This document shows, piece after piece, positions 60,853-64,000 of a DNA stretch of 64,000 nucleotides. Below the pieces are notes generated by a model that saw only the letters and a program-made list of their open reading frames with translations, did no database searches and was not told the DNA's origin. Both the position numbers and the translations under genes were made by a program. How positions within the stretch are numbered: the first letter of the stretch is position 1; each line of letters opens with the position of its first letter. Origin of the DNA: Alphaproteobacteria bacterium (GTDB taxonomy: Bacteria > Pseudomonadota > Alphaproteobacteria > CALKHQ01); the NCBI GenBank assembly GCA_965227515.1, contig CBDDFZ010000002.1:256001-320000 (forward strand), given 5' to 3'.

Positions 60853-61656
60853 CTACGTCTTTTCCTTTTGGGCATTGCGCCAGGCGACGTATTCGTCCTG
60901 CACCTCGTCGCTCAGCGGGTAGTACTTGCGCAGGTCGCCGCCCTGGCTCAGCCGGAAGCGGGCGAACTCCTCCCATTCCGCGTGCTCGCCGGCCACATCC
61001 GCCAGCCGCGACGCCAGCGCCGCCGGCACCACGACCGCGCCGTCGTCGTCGGCCACCACGATGTCGCCCGGCATCACCAGTGCGTCGCCGCACGCGATCG
61101 GCACGTTCACCGCGAACGGCACGATGCGGGTCTGGGCGTGATAGTTGGGTGTGACCCCGCGCACCCAGATGCCGAGGTCCAGCGCCTTCGCCTGGGCCGC
61201 ATCGCGGATGCAGCCGTCGACCACGACGCCCGCGCCGCCACGCCCGGCGAAGTAGGTCAGCATCATCTCGCCGAACACGCCGCTCGCCATGTCGCCGCGC
61301 GCATCCACCACCACCATGTCGCCGGCCTGTGCCGGAAACAGCACGTGGCGATGGCGTTGCAGTTCGGGGTTGTCGTACTCGTCGCCGTCGAACAGGTCCT
61401 CGCGCTTCGGCATGAACTGCAGGGTCAGCGCGGGGCCGGCAACCGCGCGGCCGGGGTTCAGCGCCACCGGTCCGCGAATGAACGGGTCGCGGATGCCCAT
61501 CCGGCTGAGCTCGCTGGACACGGTGGCCGAACCGATGGCGGCCAGCGCGTCCGACAGGTGGCGCGGCGGGCGCTCGATGTCGGTGATCTGCGAATCGTCG
61601 GGGTCGTAATGCATGGCAAGCCTCGGGTGGATGTGCGTGTCTCGCGTGGTCGGCAT
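60853..61656 (-). CDS. RraA / HMG-CHA aldolase family protein
   Basis: Motifs AGPALTL, FMPKRED, GVFGE, VVDGCIRD and PGDIVVADDDGAVVVP. Confidence 0.85.
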   Translation of the reverse strand: MPTTRDTHIHPRLAMHYDPDDSQITDIERPPRHLSDALAAIGSATVSSELSRMGIRDPFIRGPVALNPGRAVAGPALTLQFMPKREDLFDGDEYDNPELQRHRHVLFPAQAGDMVVVDARGDMASGVFGEMMLTYFAGRGGAGVVVDGCIRDAAQAKALDLGIWVRGVTPNYHAQTRIVPFAVNVPIACGDALVMPGDIVVADDDGAVVVPAALASRLADVAGEHAEWEEFARFRLSQGGDLRKYYPLSDEVQDEYVAWRNAQKEKT

Positions 61657-61780
61657 CCTCGCCGAAAACCGGGCGTCGCGTCACCTGCCTGCGTTTACCG
61701 CCCCTTTACCGTGTTGGCGCCATGGTGCGGCAGGGCGCCAAACAGGGGGCGCCGATCTGGACAAGGACTGTGCCTGCACG

Positions 61781-62020
61781 ATGGCTATCGACCCGTCTCT
61801 CGCGATCAATGGTGTTCGGCTTGAAATCTACGCGCTGCTCGGCCGTTCGCAGATGCCGGTGCACCAGCTTTTGAAGATGGGCCGTGGCGCGGTCATCGAG
61901 CTCGACAGCAGCGTCGATGCCGACGTGAAGCTCTACATCGGCAACCGCAAGGTGGCCGAGGGCGAACTGATCGTCTCCGGCGAGAAGCTGGCGATCAACG
62001 TCAACCGGATGTCGTTGTAG
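61781..62020 (+). CDS. FliM/FliN C-terminal (SpoA) domain protein
   Basis: Motifs LGRSQMPVHQLLKMGRGAVIEL and VAEGEL. 79 aa. Confidence 0.8.
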   Translation: MAIDPSLAINGVRLEIYALLGRSQMPVHQLLKMGRGAVIELDSSVDADVKLYIGNRKVAEGELIVSGEKLAINVNRMSL

Positions 62021-62218
62021 CGGCGGATTCGTCGGCATCGCTGCCGGTTTCAGGCCCGGCGCGCGGGCGACGCGCGGCCTGCCACCTCCCCACTACCGGA
62101 CGAACCTGGCGCTTCCCGCATCGCTGGCGGGCACACTGGCTGTTGCCCAAATTCTGCCCATGAGGTTCATTACACTGCCGTAAGTCTCAACAGCCTGCCA
62201 AACGTCGCGATTCCGTCG

Positions 62219-62527
62219 ATGGATTATGTCTCCTTCGCCATCAGCGCCCTCCTGAGCGCCGCCCTCTTGGGCTGGACCGGCATCTACGTGCTGCGCACGC
62301 TGACCCTCGCGCTGGAGGGCCACTACGAGTTCAAGGGCGACAGCATGACCAAGCGGTCGCGCCTGGGCGGTTTCACCCGCGTGTTCTTCTGGGTGATTGC
62401 CGCGGCGCTGGCCTGGAGCTTCTTCATCGACTGGATCTGGTTCGAGGACCTGGGCTTCGCCACCGCGGCCCTGATGGTGCGCCTGGAGATCGTGTTCGAG
62501 ATCCTGGCCAGCATGGGTGACAATTAG
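62219..62527 (+). CDS. Small hypothetical membrane protein
   Basis: Two to three hydrophobic segments, host-like codon usage, and 1 nt from the next gene. Confidence 0.65.
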   Translation: MDYVSFAISALLSAALLGWTGIYVLRTLTLALEGHYEFKGDSMTKRSRLGGFTRVFFWVIAAALAWSFFIDWIWFEDLGFATAALMVRLEIVFEILASMGDN

Positions 62528-62528
62528 T

Positions 62529-63776
62529 ATGGGCACGCCGTGGACGACGTCGCCTAAGCCGGACGCGCCGCCACCGGTGCCGGAGGCCGAGGCGCTGGAT
62601 GCCGCCGAAGGCGACACGCCGCCGCCGGTCCCGCACGACGGCACGCTCGGCAAGCTGGACGACCGGCTGCACAAGAAGCGGCTGGCAAAGGAGGCGGCCG
62701 ACGACGAGGGGCATTCCAACCGGTTCTTCCCTTGCCCGTCATGCGGCGCCGACCTGCGCTTCGACCCCGGCACCGCCGGCATGCGCTGCGGCCATTGCGA
62801 CGAGACCTGCGAGGTGCCTCACATCGACGACGCGGCCGCCCAGGTCGAGAACTGCTACCACTACTATCTGAAGATCGAGGCCAGCGAGCATGGCGCCGGC
62901 GCCATCACCGAGGAAGAGGCGCCCTCGCTGAGCTGCCGCGGCTGCGGTTCCAGCATCGAGTTTCACGAGGACGAGCACTCGCGCATCTGCCCGTTCTGCG
63001 ATGCCGCGATCGTCGGCGACGTGCGCATGCAGCGGCGGATCGTGCCGCAGGGCGTGCTGCCCTTCAAGCTGATGGAGAAGGAGGCGCACGACGCCATGCG
63101 CGCCTGGCTGAAGTCGCGCTGGTTCGCCCCCAACGACATCGCCGACGAGGCGCGCGCCGACCACTTCCACGGCATCTACGTCCCGTTCTGGACCTATGAC
63201 GCCTACACCGAGACCGACTACACCGGCATGCGCGGCACGCGGACCGGCACCGGCAAGAACCGGCGCACGGTGTGGCGCAAGGTCTCCGGCCACGTGAAGG
63301 GCGGCTTCGACGACGTGATCGTCTCCGGGTCGAAGTCGGTATCGGTCGAGTTCAAGGATGCGCTGGCGCCGTGGCCGCTGCGCCATCTGGAGACTTACCA
63401 GACCGAGTTCCTGGCCGGCTTCCGGGCCGAGAACCACATGATCGGGCTCCGCGAAGGTTTCGCCAAGGCCCAGGTCTACATGCGCGCCCTGATCACCGAC
63501 TGGATCAAGAAGGATATCGGCGGCCACCGCCAGCGGGTCACCAGCACCCGCACCAAGTTCTCCAAGGAGACCTTCAAGCACATCCTGGTGCCGGTGTGGA
63601 TCACCCATTACGACTTCGCCGGCAAGACCTACCGCCTGTCGGTCAACGGCCACACGGCGAAGGCCTACGGCCAGCGCCCGTTCTCGATGACAAAGCTGAT
63701 CATCGGCAGTGCGGCCATGCTGCTGGCGGTGGGCGTGCTGGGCTTCATCATCTCCAGCGCACCCTGGGCGGGGTAG
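62529..63776 (+). CDS. Double Zn-ribbon membrane-anchored protein
   Basis: Cys motifs CPSC..CGHC and CRGC..CPFC. Also VLPF, WFAP, GIYVPFWTYD, FDD, PVW and VNG, plus a C-terminal TM helix. Confidence 0.8.
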   Translation: MGTPWTTSPKPDAPPPVPEAEALDAAEGDTPPPVPHDGTLGKLDDRLHKKRLAKEAADDEGHSNRFFPCPSCGADLRFDPGTAGMRCGHCDETCEVPHIDDAAAQVENCYHYYLKIEASEHGAGAITEEEAPSLSCRGCGSSIEFHEDEHSRICPFCDAAIVGDVRMQRRIVPQGVLPFKLMEKEAHDAMRAWLKSRWFAPNDIADEARADHFHGIYVPFWTYDAYTETDYTGMRGTRTGTGKNRRTVWRKVSGHVKGGFDDVIVSGSKSVSVEFKDALAPWPLRHLETYQTEFLAGFRAENHMIGLREGFAKAQVYMRALITDWIKKDIGGHRQRVTSTRTKFSKETFKHILVPVWITHYDFAGKTYRLSVNGHTAKAYGQRPFSMTKLIIGSAAMLLAVGVLGFIISSAPWAG

Positions 63777-64000
63777 CTAGGACTGACTTACCGCAGCCCT
63801 GCGCCGGGCGAGGCTCTCGGCCGGCCAGTAGTCATCGCGGTCGTAGTAGATGTCGACGGCGGGCACGCCCTCGGGCAGCACCACCCATGGCTGCTTGGAT
63901 GCCGTGAATATGTGGATGTCGGGGGGCAGCAGGTCGGGATCGTCCAGCGTGCCGACGCGCATGAAATGGATCAGGCCGCCGGCGGTGGCATAGTTGCTCC
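63777..64000 (-). CDS. GFA / CENP-V family protein, 3' part (truncated by the window edge)
   Basis: C-terminal signature RVGTLDDP..PDIHIFTASKQPW. Confidence 0.75.
   Translation of the reverse strand, partial: SNYATAGGLIHFMRVGTLDDPDLLPPDIHIFTASKQPWVVLPEGVPAVDIYYDRDDYWPAESLARRRAAVSQS

Noticed and set aside
61781-62020. Flagellar or type III secretion locus
   Set aside because: It is a single SpoA-domain gene with no other flagellar or secretion genes; stand-alone copies are common in Alphaproteobacteria.
62529-63776. Primosomal protein N' / helicase call
   Set aside because: It has no Walker or helicase motifs, only Zn ribbons and a TM anchor.

Overview
This is a high-GC, gene-dense bacterial region. 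Gene content and the intergenic palindromes point to an Alphaproteobacterium (inference, not computed). (1) 1-18067: the 3' part of a large surface-glycan locus. It has pseudaminic-acid-type genes (methylase, pseF, pseG-pseH fusion, pseI), a candidate nonulosonate transferase, wbpE/wbpB/wbpD-like genes, two asparagine-synthase-like amidotransferases, a deacetylase, a 2OG-Fe(II) dioxygenase, an FkbM methyltransferase, a GNAT, WbqC and two GT4 glycosyltransferases, one of them frameshifted. (2) 18179-28749: GntR-nanE-ROK kinase with a sugar ABC importer, then a PotABCD-like importer. (3) 28800-45451: mixed catabolic genes (SDR, an orphan CoxL-like Mo subunit, MlrC, two GMC oxidoreductases, a DoeB-like deacylase, Gfo/Idh, a PLP dehydratase) and a second sugar ABC importer. 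(4) 45457-60817: a GntR regulator and a divergent minus-strand operon of about 14.5 kb. The operon encodes FAH, an alpha/beta hydrolase, an amidohydrolase, a Liv-type ABC importer whose LivF is fused to a Tm-1-like (UPF0261) domain, a long flotillin, an embedded MNT-HEPN toxin-antitoxin pair, SRPBCC and an SRPBCC-quinone reductase fusion. (5) 60853-64000: RraA/HMG aldolase, a FliN-like protein, a Zn-ribbon membrane protein and a partial GFA gene. Three families of REP-like palindromes occupy intergenic gaps. I saw no rRNA, tRNA, CRISPR array or transposase. The best leads are the LivF-Tm-1/flotillin/SRPBCC operon, five tiny relay ORFs that each overlap both the upstream stop and the downstream start, and the unusual glycan-tailoring enzymes. 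All product calls come from motif recognition by eye; no database searches were run.
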